A program made the position numbers and the translations under genes. The notes under the pieces were generated by a model, which was given only the letters and a program-made list of their open reading frames with translations, did not search any database and had not been told where the DNA came from. Shown one piece after another: positions 19,591 through 27,625 of a stretch of 64,000 bases of DNA (position 1 is its first letter; each line of letters begins with the position of its first letter). Origin of the DNA: Alphaproteobacteria bacterium UBA998 (GTDB lineage: Bacteria; Pseudomonadota; Alphaproteobacteria; Rickettsiales; UBA998); assembly GCA_002291925.1 (NCBI GenBank), contig DBAY01000026.1:1088-65087 (forward strand), read 5' to 3'.

Positions 19591-19707
19591 TCTGGAATAC
19601 GGGAAATTCAAGAATACGGGAATACGGGAGGAATAAAAGAGGGGATTTTTAAAGCACGGGTCCGCCTTCAATTTCCCGTATTCCCGCATTCGCGTATTCT
19701 TGTATTC
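19591..19707. repeat. imperfect palindrome built from GAATACGGGAA units
   Basis: The left arm is ggaatacgggaaattcaagaatacgggaatacggga. The right arm is tttcccgtattcccgcattcgcgtattcttgtattcc. The element fills the whole gap between the patatin stop and the phoR ATG and is related to 39808-39910. Confidence 0.7.
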
Positions 19708-20739
19708 CTACAAATAAATCTTCTCCACATCCACCGACGACTTCACGCCCACATGCTTGTAGTTGGCCTTCAGCCAGTCCTCGGCCATCTGCTGGCCGGA
19801 GGCGCGCAGGTGGTTGATGAACTGCCAGTCGGGGTTCAGCTTGCTGGAGCGGCTGAGGTGGGACATGATCTGCTGCGTCTCGATCAGGTGAAGCCGCACA
19901 TCCTTGTATTTCCCGCGCGGCAGCTTGCCCTGCTCGATGAGCTTCTTCACGAACATCACCGCACGGATTTCCGGCATCAGGCTCGCATTGAAGCTGATGT
20001 CATTGACCCGGTCGAGGATTTCCGAGGCTTCCGTCGGCACCTCCTCGATATGCACCGGGTTGATCTGCACAATGAGCACGTCCTCGCTTTCCGTCTCGTA
20101 AAAGAGCGGGTAGAGCGCCGGGTTGCCGGTATAGCCGCCATCCCAGTAAGCCTCGCCGTCAATCTCCACCGCCTTGAACAGGAACGGCAGGCACGCGCTG
20201 GCCATCACCACGTCGAGGGTGATATCGTTGGGGCGGAACACGCGTCCCTTGCCCGTTTTCACATGGGTGGCATTGATGAACAGCTTGATGGAGTCGCAGG
20301 CGCGCACCGCTTCGAAATCGATGACCTCGGCCACCACGTCGCGCAGCGGGTTGAAATCGAAGATGTTGAGCTGGTAGGGCGACCACATGCGCATGATGAA
20401 ATCGAGCGCCAGAAAGCTCGGCGAGCATTGCAGCCCGTCATTGCGGAACACCCGGTCGAACGCGGTTTCCTGCCAGGGCAGCAGCGCCGACGCCGCCGAA
20501 ATGCCGAACCAGAGATCATAGAGCGCCTTCTTCGCCCCTTCCGGCCCGCCCTTGTGGTAACCGCTGACGAACGCCGCCGCATTGAGCGCCCCGGCGCTGG
20601 TGGCGGTGATGGCCTCAATGCCGAGATCCTCCTGTTCCATCAGCGCATCCAGCACGCCCCAGGTGAAGGAGCCATGGGCGCCGCCGCCCTGCAGGGCGAG
20701 GTCGATGATTTTCACTTCCTTTTCCTTGCGCGGATTCAT
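19708..20739 (-). CDS. patatin-like phospholipase family protein
   Basis: Oxyanion GGGAHGSFTWGVL and the nucleophile elbow ATSAGALN (GxSxG) are present. Start trimmed to ATG 20739. Confidence 0.85.
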   Translation of the reverse strand: MNPRKEKEVKIIDLALQGGGAHGSFTWGVLDALMEQEDLGIEAITATSAGALNAAAFVSGYHKGGPEGAKKALYDLWFGISAASALLPWQETAFDRVFRNDGLQCSPSFLALDFIMRMWSPYQLNIFDFNPLRDVVAEVIDFEAVRACDSIKLFINATHVKTGKGRVFRPNDITLDVVMASACLPFLFKAVEIDGEAYWDGGYTGNPALYPLFYETESEDVLIVQINPVHIEEVPTEASEILDRVNDISFNASLMPEIRAVMFVKKLIEQGKLPRGKYKDVRLHLIETQQIMSHLSRSSKLNPDWQFINHLRASGQQMAEDWLKANYKHVGVKSSVDVEKIYL

Positions 20740-20746
20740 GCCAGCC

Positions 20747-20935
20747 TCACGATTTGAACAGGGAGGCTGCGGCAGCCTCCATTTGGGTTTTGGCGCTGAG
20801 GGCTTCGGCGGCGCGGGCTTTCTCGCGATCAAGAAACTCCATGTATTCCTTCAAATCCTCGCGGCTCAGACCTTCCAGCTTGCGCGACACCAGCCCCGGC
20901 TTGGGCTTTGGGCGATCCTCCTCGTCAAACAGCAT
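20747..20935 (-). CDS. DUF1192-family small coiled-coil protein
   Basis: MLFDEEDRPKPKPG...LSREDLKEYMEFLDREKARAAEAL matches the family pattern as I recall it. It lies 8 nt upstream of the patatin gene. Confidence 0.6.
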   Translation of the reverse strand: MLFDEEDRPKPKPGLVSRKLEGLSREDLKEYMEFLDREKARAAEALSAKTQMEAAAASLFKS

Positions 20936-21027
20936 GGCGCTCTCCCTTATTGCTGCTATGCTTGTGCCTGTACCAGCGATGCTGCACATGCGAAATAGAA
21001 CATAGAACTCGCGCCGTGAATAGCAAG

Positions 21028-22005
21028 ATGCGTGCCATCCGGATTCACACGCCCGGTCCGCAAGGCCATTTGGCGTCCGCCGACCTGCCCATGCCCGCGC
21101 CGGGCGCGGGCGAGGTACGGCTGCGCGTGGCCTTCGCGGGGCTGAACCGCGCGGACCTGTTTCAGGTGGCCGGCCAATACCCGGCCCCGGAGGAAACCGC
21201 CATGGTGCCCGGACTGGAAGTCTCTGGCACCGTCGAAGCCCTCGGCGCAGACGTGGACGGGCTGGCGATCGGCACCGAAGTCTGCGCCCTGCTTACCGGG
21301 GGCGGGTATGCGGAATATTGCACCGTTCCCGCCACACAGATTAGGGCACTGCCCCCGGGCCTGTCGCTGAAAGACGCCGCCGGGTTGCCAGAAGCCCTGC
21401 TGACCAACTGGCTGGCGCTGGTGCGCCACGGGCAGGTGCAACTGGGGGAAAGGGTGCTGGTGACGGGCGGCAGCAGCGGCATCGGCAGTTTCGCTATCCC
21501 GATGCTGCGAGAACTCGGCGTTCAGCCGATTGCGCTGGCGCATGGCGAAGAAAAAATCGCGCTTTGCCAGCAGCTCGGGGCACAGGTGGTGGATTACCGT
21601 TCAGCCAACCTTGCCGAGACCATCAAGGCCCACTCACCGCAGGGCGTGGCCGTGGTGCTGGACATGCTGGGCGGACCGTTCGTCGACACGGCGATGCAGG
21701 TGCTGATCCCCGGCGGACGACTGGTCAGCATTGCGCTTTTGCAGGGTTCGCGCCTAGAGATGAATGTTGGGCGCCTGCTCATGAAGAACCTGCAATGGAC
21801 GGGCCTGACCTTGCGCAGCCAGAGCGCTGAGACGAAAGCGGAATTATGGCGCGAGGCATGGGCGCGCCTAGGCGAGGCCATCGCGGCGGGGCGGTTGCGC
21901 CCGGTGCTGGATACGGTCTTCCCGCTGGAGGAGGCGGAAAAAGCGCATAAACGCATGCAAGATCGCTTGCATTCTGGCAAGATTTTACTACAAGTGGGCG
22001 CCTGA
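21028..22005 (+). CDS. NAD(P)H:quinone oxidoreductase / zinc-type MDR family
   Basis: MRAIRIHTPGPQG...EVRLRVAFAGLNRADL and the nucleotide motif VTGGSSGIGS. Start trimmed to ATG 21028. Confidence 0.85.
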   Translation: MRAIRIHTPGPQGHLASADLPMPAPGAGEVRLRVAFAGLNRADLFQVAGQYPAPEETAMVPGLEVSGTVEALGADVDGLAIGTEVCALLTGGGYAEYCTVPATQIRALPPGLSLKDAAGLPEALLTNWLALVRHGQVQLGERVLVTGGSSGIGSFAIPMLRELGVQPIALAHGEEKIALCQQLGAQVVDYRSANLAETIKAHSPQGVAVVLDMLGGPFVDTAMQVLIPGGRLVSIALLQGSRLEMNVGRLLMKNLQWTGLTLRSQSAETKAELWREAWARLGEAIAAGRLRPVLDTVFPLEEAEKAHKRMQDRLHSGKILLQVGA

Positions 22006-22044
22006 CCCCCCAAAATCGTTAATAAAGAAAAAAGGAACGACGCC

Positions 22045-22632
22045 ATGACCCTCCCGCTGATGCCAAAAGCGACCGCCGTCTGGCTGGTGGACAATACCAC
22101 CCTCACCTTCGAACAGATCGCCGAGTTCTGCGGCATGCACCCGCTGGAAGTGCAAGGCATTGCGGATGGCGAAGTGGCCACCGGCATCATCGGCGTCGAC
22201 CCGCTCGCCAACGGCCAGCTCACCCGCGACATGATCGAGGCCTGCGAGCAGGACCCCGCGAAGAAGCTGCTGATCGCCGCCACCGCCCGTGAATACCTCG
22301 ACACCCGCGTGAAAGGCGGCCGCTACACGCCGCGCGCACGCCGTCAGGACAAGCCGGAAGCCATCGCGTGGCTGGTGAAGTACCACCCCTACCTGCCGGA
22401 CGCCCAGATCATCAAGCTGATCGGCACCACCAAGAAAACCATCGACGCCATCCGCGAACGCACCCACTGGAACATTGCCAATATCAAGCCGAAGGACCCT
22501 GTCCTGCTCGGCCTGTGCTCGCAGATTCACCTTGATGAAGCCGTGCGCCGCTCGCGTCCCGCTGACGCGCCGGAAGTCGCCGCACCGCGCGAGGATGACG
22601 AGCCGTTTGCCTCCACTGGCACCGACGCGTAA
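22045..22632 (+). CDS. DUF1013-family protein (TrcR-like cell-cycle regulator family)
   Basis: The N-terminus MPKATAVWLVDNTTLTFEQIAEFCGMHPLEVQGIADGEVA is characteristic of DUF1013 as I recall it. Confidence 0.7.
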   Translation: MTLPLMPKATAVWLVDNTTLTFEQIAEFCGMHPLEVQGIADGEVATGIIGVDPLANGQLTRDMIEACEQDPAKKLLIAATAREYLDTRVKGGRYTPRARRQDKPEAIAWLVKYHPYLPDAQIIKLIGTTKKTIDAIRERTHWNIANIKPKDPVLLGLCSQIHLDEAVRRSRPADAPEVAAPREDDEPFASTGTDA

Positions 22633-22636
22633 GCCG

Positions 22637-24121
22637 ATGAGCGCCACCGAGCACGCGCAGGACCTCGCCCGGCTGGTTGACCGGTTCGAGGAGTCCTCTC
22701 TGCTCTGCCTCGGCGACGTGATGCTCGATCACTTCTTTTACGGCACCGCATCGCGCATCTCGCCGGAAGCGCCGATTCCCGTGCTGAAAATCGAGCGCCA
22801 GGCCGTCATGCTCGGCGGCGCGGGCAACACGGTGCGCAACATCATCGCGCTCGGCGCCCGGGCCAGCTTCATCTCCGTCATCGGCAATGACGAGGCGGGC
22901 AACCGTATCGTGACGCTGGCAGGCAGCGAGCCCCGGCTGGAGCCCTTCCTGCTCACCGATTCCAAGCGCCGCTCTACCGAGAAAAGCCGCTACATCGCCG
23001 CCAGCCAGCAATTGCTGCGCGCCGATGTGGAATCCGTCGAGCCCCTGCCTGCCCATCTGGAGGAGACGGTGCTCTCCTCTGTGCGCGAGGACATCACGCG
23101 CTATCAGGCGGTCATCCTTTCCGATTACGGCAAGGGGCTGCTGACCGACCGTGTCATCCGCGGTGTCATCGAGGCGGCGAACGCGGCCGGCCTGCCAATA
23201 CTGGTCGACCCCAAGCGGCGCGATCTTTCCATCTACCGCGACGCCACCATCCTCACCCCCAACGTGCGTGAACTGGGCGAGGCCACGGGCCATAAGCTCG
23301 ACACCACGGACAGTATCATCGAGGCCGCGCGGCAGGTGATGGCACAGCACGGCATCGGCAACATGGTCGTCACCCGCGGGGCGCAGGGGATGATCTTGGT
23401 CCCCGGCGAGGGCGAGCCGCGCATCATCGAGGCCCGCGCCCGCGAGGTGTTCGACGTCTCCGGCGCGGGCGACACAGTGGTGGCGACGCTGGCCGTGGCG
23501 CTGGCCAGCGGCTGCGATCTGTTGGAGGCCGTCGAGCTGGCCAACACGGCGGCGGGAATCGTGGTTGGCAAGGTGGGCACCTCGGTGGTCTACCGCACCG
23601 ACCTGAAAGCCGCGCTGCACACGCAGGGCATGATGTCCAGCCGCCAGAAGGTCTATCCGCAGGCACTCGCCGCCGAGCAGGTGGACGAATGGAAGCGCGC
23701 GGGCCTGAGAGTGGGCTTCACCAATGGCTGCTTCGACCTCATCCATGCCGGCCATCTCGGCCTTATCAACGATGCGCGGGCCTGCTGCGACAAGCTGGTG
23801 GTTGCCATCAACTCCGACGCGTCCGTACGCCGCCTGAAAGGCAGCACCCGCCCGGTTAATTCCGAGATGGAGCGCGCCCTGCTGCTGGCCGAGCTTTCCG
23901 CCGTCGATATGGTGGTGATCTTCCGCGAGGACACGCCGGAAGCCCTGCTCACGCTTCTTAAGCCCAGCGTGCTGATGAAGGGCGCCGATTACGAACTGAC
24001 CGAGATCGTCGGCGGCGAATTCGTGCAAAGCTACGGCGGCGATGTCCGCCGCATTCCCCTGCGCGAAGGCTACAGCACGACGAACATCATCGAGCGGATC
24101 ACCAACAAGGCCGCTGGGTAA
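22637..24121 (+). CDS. hldE: bifunctional D-beta-D-heptose 7-phosphate kinase / heptose 1-phosphate adenylyltransferase
   Basis: Ribokinase-like N-domain (DVSGAGDTVVA) plus a cytidylyltransferase C-domain (GFTNGCFDLIHAGH). Start trimmed to ATG 22637. Confidence 0.9.
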   Translation: MSATEHAQDLARLVDRFEESSLLCLGDVMLDHFFYGTASRISPEAPIPVLKIERQAVMLGGAGNTVRNIIALGARASFISVIGNDEAGNRIVTLAGSEPRLEPFLLTDSKRRSTEKSRYIAASQQLLRADVESVEPLPAHLEETVLSSVREDITRYQAVILSDYGKGLLTDRVIRGVIEAANAAGLPILVDPKRRDLSIYRDATILTPNVRELGEATGHKLDTTDSIIEAARQVMAQHGIGNMVVTRGAQGMILVPGEGEPRIIEARAREVFDVSGAGDTVVATLAVALASGCDLLEAVELANTAAGIVVGKVGTSVVYRTDLKAALHTQGMMSSRQKVYPQALAAEQVDEWKRAGLRVGFTNGCFDLIHAGHLGLINDARACCDKLVVAINSDASVRRLKGSTRPVNSEMERALLLAELSAVDMVVIFREDTPEALLTLLKPSVLMKGADYELTEIVGGEFVQSYGGDVRRIPLREGYSTTNIIERITNKAAG

Positions 24122-24131
24122 TAGTTTTTGT

Positions 24132-24376
24132 GTTTGCCCCTGCTCCGGCCTGCTGGCATCCATAAGTAAGCGGCGCTCCGCTGGCTTCCGCCTTCACTAA
24201 AGCTACGGCGGACAGGCATGGCTGACTTGGACATGCTGTCCTCGACTAACAGAGTGATTGTAGCCGTCATCCTGCGAGCCTGAAAGGCTGCGCAGGATCT
24301 TCCCTCGTCACGCGAGGAGATTCCGGGCCCGCTGACGCGTCCCAGAATGACGATCTTTAAAAGAATGTCACTCCGC
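24132..24376 (+). repeat. composite dispersed repeat of about 210-240 bp, copy A
   Basis: Alignable by eye with the reverse complement of 34079-34286. Shared blocks: cggcctgctggc, taagtaagcg, catggctgact, gccgtcatcctgcgagcc...ggctgcgcaggatct, gagattccgggcccgc...gcgtccc-gaatgacg, atgtcac. Copy A carries an extra block of about 30 bp. Confidence 0.8.
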
Positions 24377-24441
24377 ACTTGGCACGCGGGGGCGCCCTGC
24401 CTTACCGGGAGACCCCGCAATGAATGCGGGGTGACATATAC

Positions 24442-24476
24442 AAAAAGGGCCGCCCCTCGCGGGAGCCGCCCTTTTG
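24442..24476 (-). terminator. rho-independent terminator of rpmE (A/T tracts on both sides)
   Basis: aaaaagggccgcccc-tcgc-gggagccgcccttttg forms an imperfect GC stem flanked by an A5 and a T4 run, 16 nt past the rpmE stop. Confidence 0.55.
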
Positions 24477-24493
24477 TCGGATTCTTCGCGGAA

Positions 24494-24736
24494 TCACGCT
24501 TTCTTCTTGGAAGAAAGATTCTCCAGCCCGCTGAATTTTTTCATGAATTTCGCGGCCTGGCTGTCCTTTCGGATGTTCTGGCCGGCATCGGGGTTCCATG
24601 CCATGTGGGTGGAGGGGTCTACGTCCAGTTTCATGACGTCGCCCGGTTTGCCCCAGCAGGAGCGGGTCATGAACTCAGTGCCGTTGTTCATGACAATTCT
24701 GATCTCGTGATAATCCGGGTGAATGTTCGCTTTCAT
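24494..24736 (-). CDS. rpmE: 50S ribosomal protein L31
   Basis: MKANIHPDYHEIRIVMNNGTEFMTRS. Confidence 0.9.
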   Translation of the reverse strand: MKANIHPDYHEIRIVMNNGTEFMTRSCWGKPGDVMKLDVDPSTHMAWNPDAGQNIRKDSQAAKFMKKFSGLENLSSKKKA

Positions 24737-24775
24737 AGGTATCTCCGTACGGCCTTTTCGCCAAGAACGCGCTTC

Positions 24776-25633
24776 TTAGCGGAATCCCTGCGCCAAGGCA
24801 ACCGTTTTTACGTCCTCCGGCTCCACCATATGATTCAGCGGCCCGTGGCCGTTTCCAAAGCCCGGCGCCTCGGCAATGGCGCGGTGGACATATTCCCGCG
24901 CTGCGATGACCGCATCCACCAGCCGCCGCCCCTCGGCCAGCCCCGCCGCAATGGCCGATGCCGCGGTGCACCCGGTGCCATGGGTGTTCGTGGTAGGAAT
25001 CCGTTCGGAATCAAAGACTTCGTAGAGATTATGCCCCAGCAGCACATCATGCAGCCGGTCGCCTTCCAGATGGCCGCCCTTCAGCAGCACCGCCGCCGGG
25101 CCCATCTCAAGGATTTTCGCCGCCGCGACCTTCATATGGGCCAGCCGGGTGATTTCCATGCCGGTCAGCGCCTCGGCCTCGGGGATATTGGGGGTGACGA
25201 TGCTCGCCAGCGGCAGCAGGCGCTTGATAAGCGCCGTCTCCGCCTCCGGGGCCAGCAGGCGCGCGCCGCCCTTGGCGACCATCACGGGATCCACCACCAC
25301 CGGCACAGCCAGCGCCTTGGTCTGGATAACGTCCGCCACCACCTCAATGATGGCGGCAGTGTTCAGCATGCCCGTCTTGATGGCATCGGCGCCGATATCG
25401 TCGAGCACCATTTCCATCTGCAGCCGCACGAAATCGGCGGGCACGTCCTGGATGGCCTTCACGCCCTCGGTATTCTGCGCGGTCAGGGCTGTGATGGCCG
25501 TCGCCGCATAGCCGCCGAACATGGTGACGGTCTTGATATCTCCCTGAATGCCCGCGCCGCCCCCGGAATCCGACCCCGCCACGATAAGCACGCGCCCCGG
25601 TCCTGAATGCGCTTCCGGCAGTTTCCATTCCAT
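24776..25633 (-). CDS. thiD: hydroxymethylpyrimidine / phosphomethylpyrimidine kinase
   Basis: VLIVAGSDSGGGAGIQGDIKT and GTGCTAASAIAAGLA motifs. Confidence 0.9.
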   Translation of the reverse strand: MEWKLPEAHSGPGRVLIVAGSDSGGGAGIQGDIKTVTMFGGYAATAITALTAQNTEGVKAIQDVPADFVRLQMEMVLDDIGADAIKTGMLNTAAIIEVVADVIQTKALAVPVVVDPVMVAKGGARLLAPEAETALIKRLLPLASIVTPNIPEAEALTGMEITRLAHMKVAAAKILEMGPAAVLLKGGHLEGDRLHDVLLGHNLYEVFDSERIPTTNTHGTGCTAASAIAAGLAEGRRLVDAVIAAREYVHRAIAEAPGFGNGHGPLNHMVEPEDVKTVALAQGFR

Positions 25634-25652
25634 GGATTACTCCCTCACCCGT

Positions 25653-25720
25653 TGTCATTCCCGCGAAGGCGGGAATCTCGGTGTCCTTACTTCTGGATTC
25701 CCGCTTGTGCGGGAATGACA
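25653..25720. repeat. nested GTCAT hairpin element
   Basis: tgtcattcccgcgaaggcgggaat...ggattcccgcttgtgcgggaatgaca: two attcccgc-N4-gcgggaat hairpins enclosed by tgtcatt/aatgaca. Confidence 0.7.
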
Positions 25721-25727
25721 GAATACA

Positions 25728-27086
25728 CTACGCCGCCTTGCGGATCGCTTCTTCCATCCGGCGCGCCAGCGAACCTGTCAATTCTTCTACCATATCAAGC
25801 GTTTCGGCTTCTACCATAATCCGCACCAGCGGCTCCGTGCCGGATTTGCGGATGACCAAACGCCCTTTGCCGGAAAGCGCCGCCTGCGCCTCGGCGATGG
25901 CTTCCTGCACGGTGCGGTCATCGAGCGGGTTCTTGGCCCCGAAGCGCACATTCTGCAGCTTCTGCGGCCATGGTTCGAAGCGGCGGGCGCAGCGGCTCAT
26001 GGGCCGCCCCTCTTCCACCATCACCGCCAGCACCTGCAGCGCGGCAATGAGGCCATCGCCGGTAGTGGTATAATCGGAGAAAATCAAATGGCCGGACTGC
26101 TCGCCGCCCACGTTCAGCCCGCCCATGCGCATGGCTTCCAACACGTAGCGGTCGCCGACGGCGGCGCGCGTCAGGCCGATGCCCTTGGCATCGAGGAAGC
26201 GCTCCAGCCCGAGATTGGACATCAGCGTCGCCGCCACGCGCCCGCCACGTAAACGCCCGGATTTCTGCCAACCTTCGGCGATGAGGGCCAGAATCTGGTC
26301 GCCGTCAATCAGCTGGCCCTGCTCGTCGCACATCACCACGCGGTCGGCGTCGCCATCGAGTGCAATGCCGAGATTCGCGCCCGTCTCACGCACTCTGGCG
26401 CACATGGCCTCCGGGTGGGTGGAGCCGCAGCCTGCGTTGATGTTGAAGCCGTCCGGCGCAATGCCGAGCGTGATGACCTCCGCCCCCAGCTCGCGAAGAA
26501 TCACCGGGCCGACCTGGTAGGCCGCCCCATGCGCGCAATCGAGCACGATTTTCACCCCGTCCAGCCGGATAGTGCGCGGGAAGGTCTGCTTCACGAATTC
26601 GATGTAGCGGCCCTGCGCGTCATCGATGCGGCGGGCGCGGCCGAGCTTTTCCGGTGCCGCGCGCCATTCCGCCATGTCGGAATCCATCAGCCGCTCGATT
26701 TCCGTCTCGGTCTCGTCGGAGAGCTTGTAGCCATCCGGGCCGAACAGCTTGATGCCGTTATCCTGATACGGGTTGTGCGAGGCGGAAATCATGACGCCCA
26801 GATCCGCGCGCATGGAGCGCGTCAGCATCGCCACCGCCGGGGTGGGCAGCGGGCCGACCAGGAGCACATCCATGCCGACCGCGATAAAACCGGCGGTCAG
26901 CGCTGGCTCCAGCAGGTAGCCGGAGAGCCGCGTATCCTTGGCGATCACCACGCGGTGGCGGTGATCGCCCCGGTTGAACACCTTCCCCGCCGCCATGCCG
27001 ACGCGCAGGGCCAGATCTGCCGTCATGGGCGGCTGGTTCGCCTCCCCCCGGATGCCATCGGTGCCGAAATACTGGCGTTTGCTCAT
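25728..27086 (-). CDS. glmM: phosphoglucosamine mutase
   Basis: [14 protein letters not shown] and the active-site [17 protein letters not shown] 27086 is preferred; ATG 27101 is possible. Confidence 0.92.
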   Translation of the reverse strand: MSKRQYFGTDGIRGEANQPPMTADLALRVGMAAGKVFNRGDHRHRVVIAKDTRLSGYLLEPALTAGFIAVGMDVLLVGPLPTPAVAMLTRSMRADLGVMISASHNPYQDNGIKLFGPDGYKLSDETETEIERLMDSDMAEWRAAPEKLGRARRIDDAQGRYIEFVKQTFPRTIRLDGVKIVLDCAHGAAYQVGPVILRELGAEVITLGIAPDGFNINAGCGSTHPEAMCARVRETGANLGIALDGDADRVVMCDEQGQLIDGDQILALIAEGWQKSGRLRGGRVAATLMSNLGLERFLDAKGIGLTRAAVGDRYVLEAMRMGGLNVGGEQSGHLIFSDYTTTGDGLIAALQVLAVMVEEGRPMSRCARRFEPWPQKLQNVRFGAKNPLDDRTVQEAIAEAQAALSGKGRLVIRKSGTEPLVRIMVEAETLDMVEELTGSLARRMEEAIRKAA

Positions 27087-27160
27087 GTCGTCCCGCTTCA
27101 TGAAAATGTCATGAAGCCTTGATAATCTAGGCTTTCCTCAATGAAAAGGAAACTTTGCGC

Positions 27161-27619
27161 ATGACGCAGGACTCAGCCCTCAAGACCAACCTCACCGCCA
27201 TTGTCGAAAATCAGAAGCTGCCGGAGCGGTTTCGCCAGTCGGCGCAGGCGATTCTGAATGTCGGCTTCACCCGCCCGGCGGGCATCGGCGGGGAGGGCCT
27301 GAGCGCCCGCGAGGTGCTGAATGTGACCTGCCTGTCGCGTGAGCAGTATGTTACCTTGGCGCGAAATTTCCGGCAGGAATGGACGCGCACCTCCCTGCAG
27401 CTTGGCACCAACCACCCGGATATGCCGCGCACCTTGGCGGCCATGCTGCGCGAAACGTCGGAAATGCTGAACGGGCAGGACAACCGCAGCCCGGAGCGCA
27501 TCTATGACCGTGACCGGGCCTTGCTTGCGAGCAGGCAAACGGCCCCGGAAATCTCCTCCGCCTCCTGCCCCGCGCCCACACCGCAGGTGGCCAGAGACGC
27601 CGAGCGCCAGCGCTCTTAA
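27161..27619 (+). CDS. hypothetical protein (152 aa)
   Basis: ORF with an AAGGAA box 9 nt upstream of ATG 27161. No recognisable motif. It lies between glmM and ftsH on the opposite strand. Confidence 0.4.
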   Translation: MTQDSALKTNLTAIVENQKLPERFRQSAQAILNVGFTRPAGIGGEGLSAREVLNVTCLSREQYVTLARNFRQEWTRTSLQLGTNHPDMPRTLAAMLRETSEMLNGQDNRSPERIYDRDRALLASRQTAPEISSASCPAPTPQVARDAERQRS

Positions 27620-27625
27620 GCGGCG

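Noticed and set aside
19591..19707. A possible CRISPR array, suggested by the repeated GAATACGGGAA units (also at 39808-39910).
   Set aside because: There are only a few units per locus, arranged as inverted rather than regularly spaced direct repeats. There are no unique spacers of uniform length and no cas genes.
25634..25727. A TPP riboswitch upstream of thiD.
   Set aside because: The short leader is fully explained by the nested GTCAT/attcccgc hairpin repeat. I could not find the conserved TPP-aptamer CUGAGA/ACCUGA elements.
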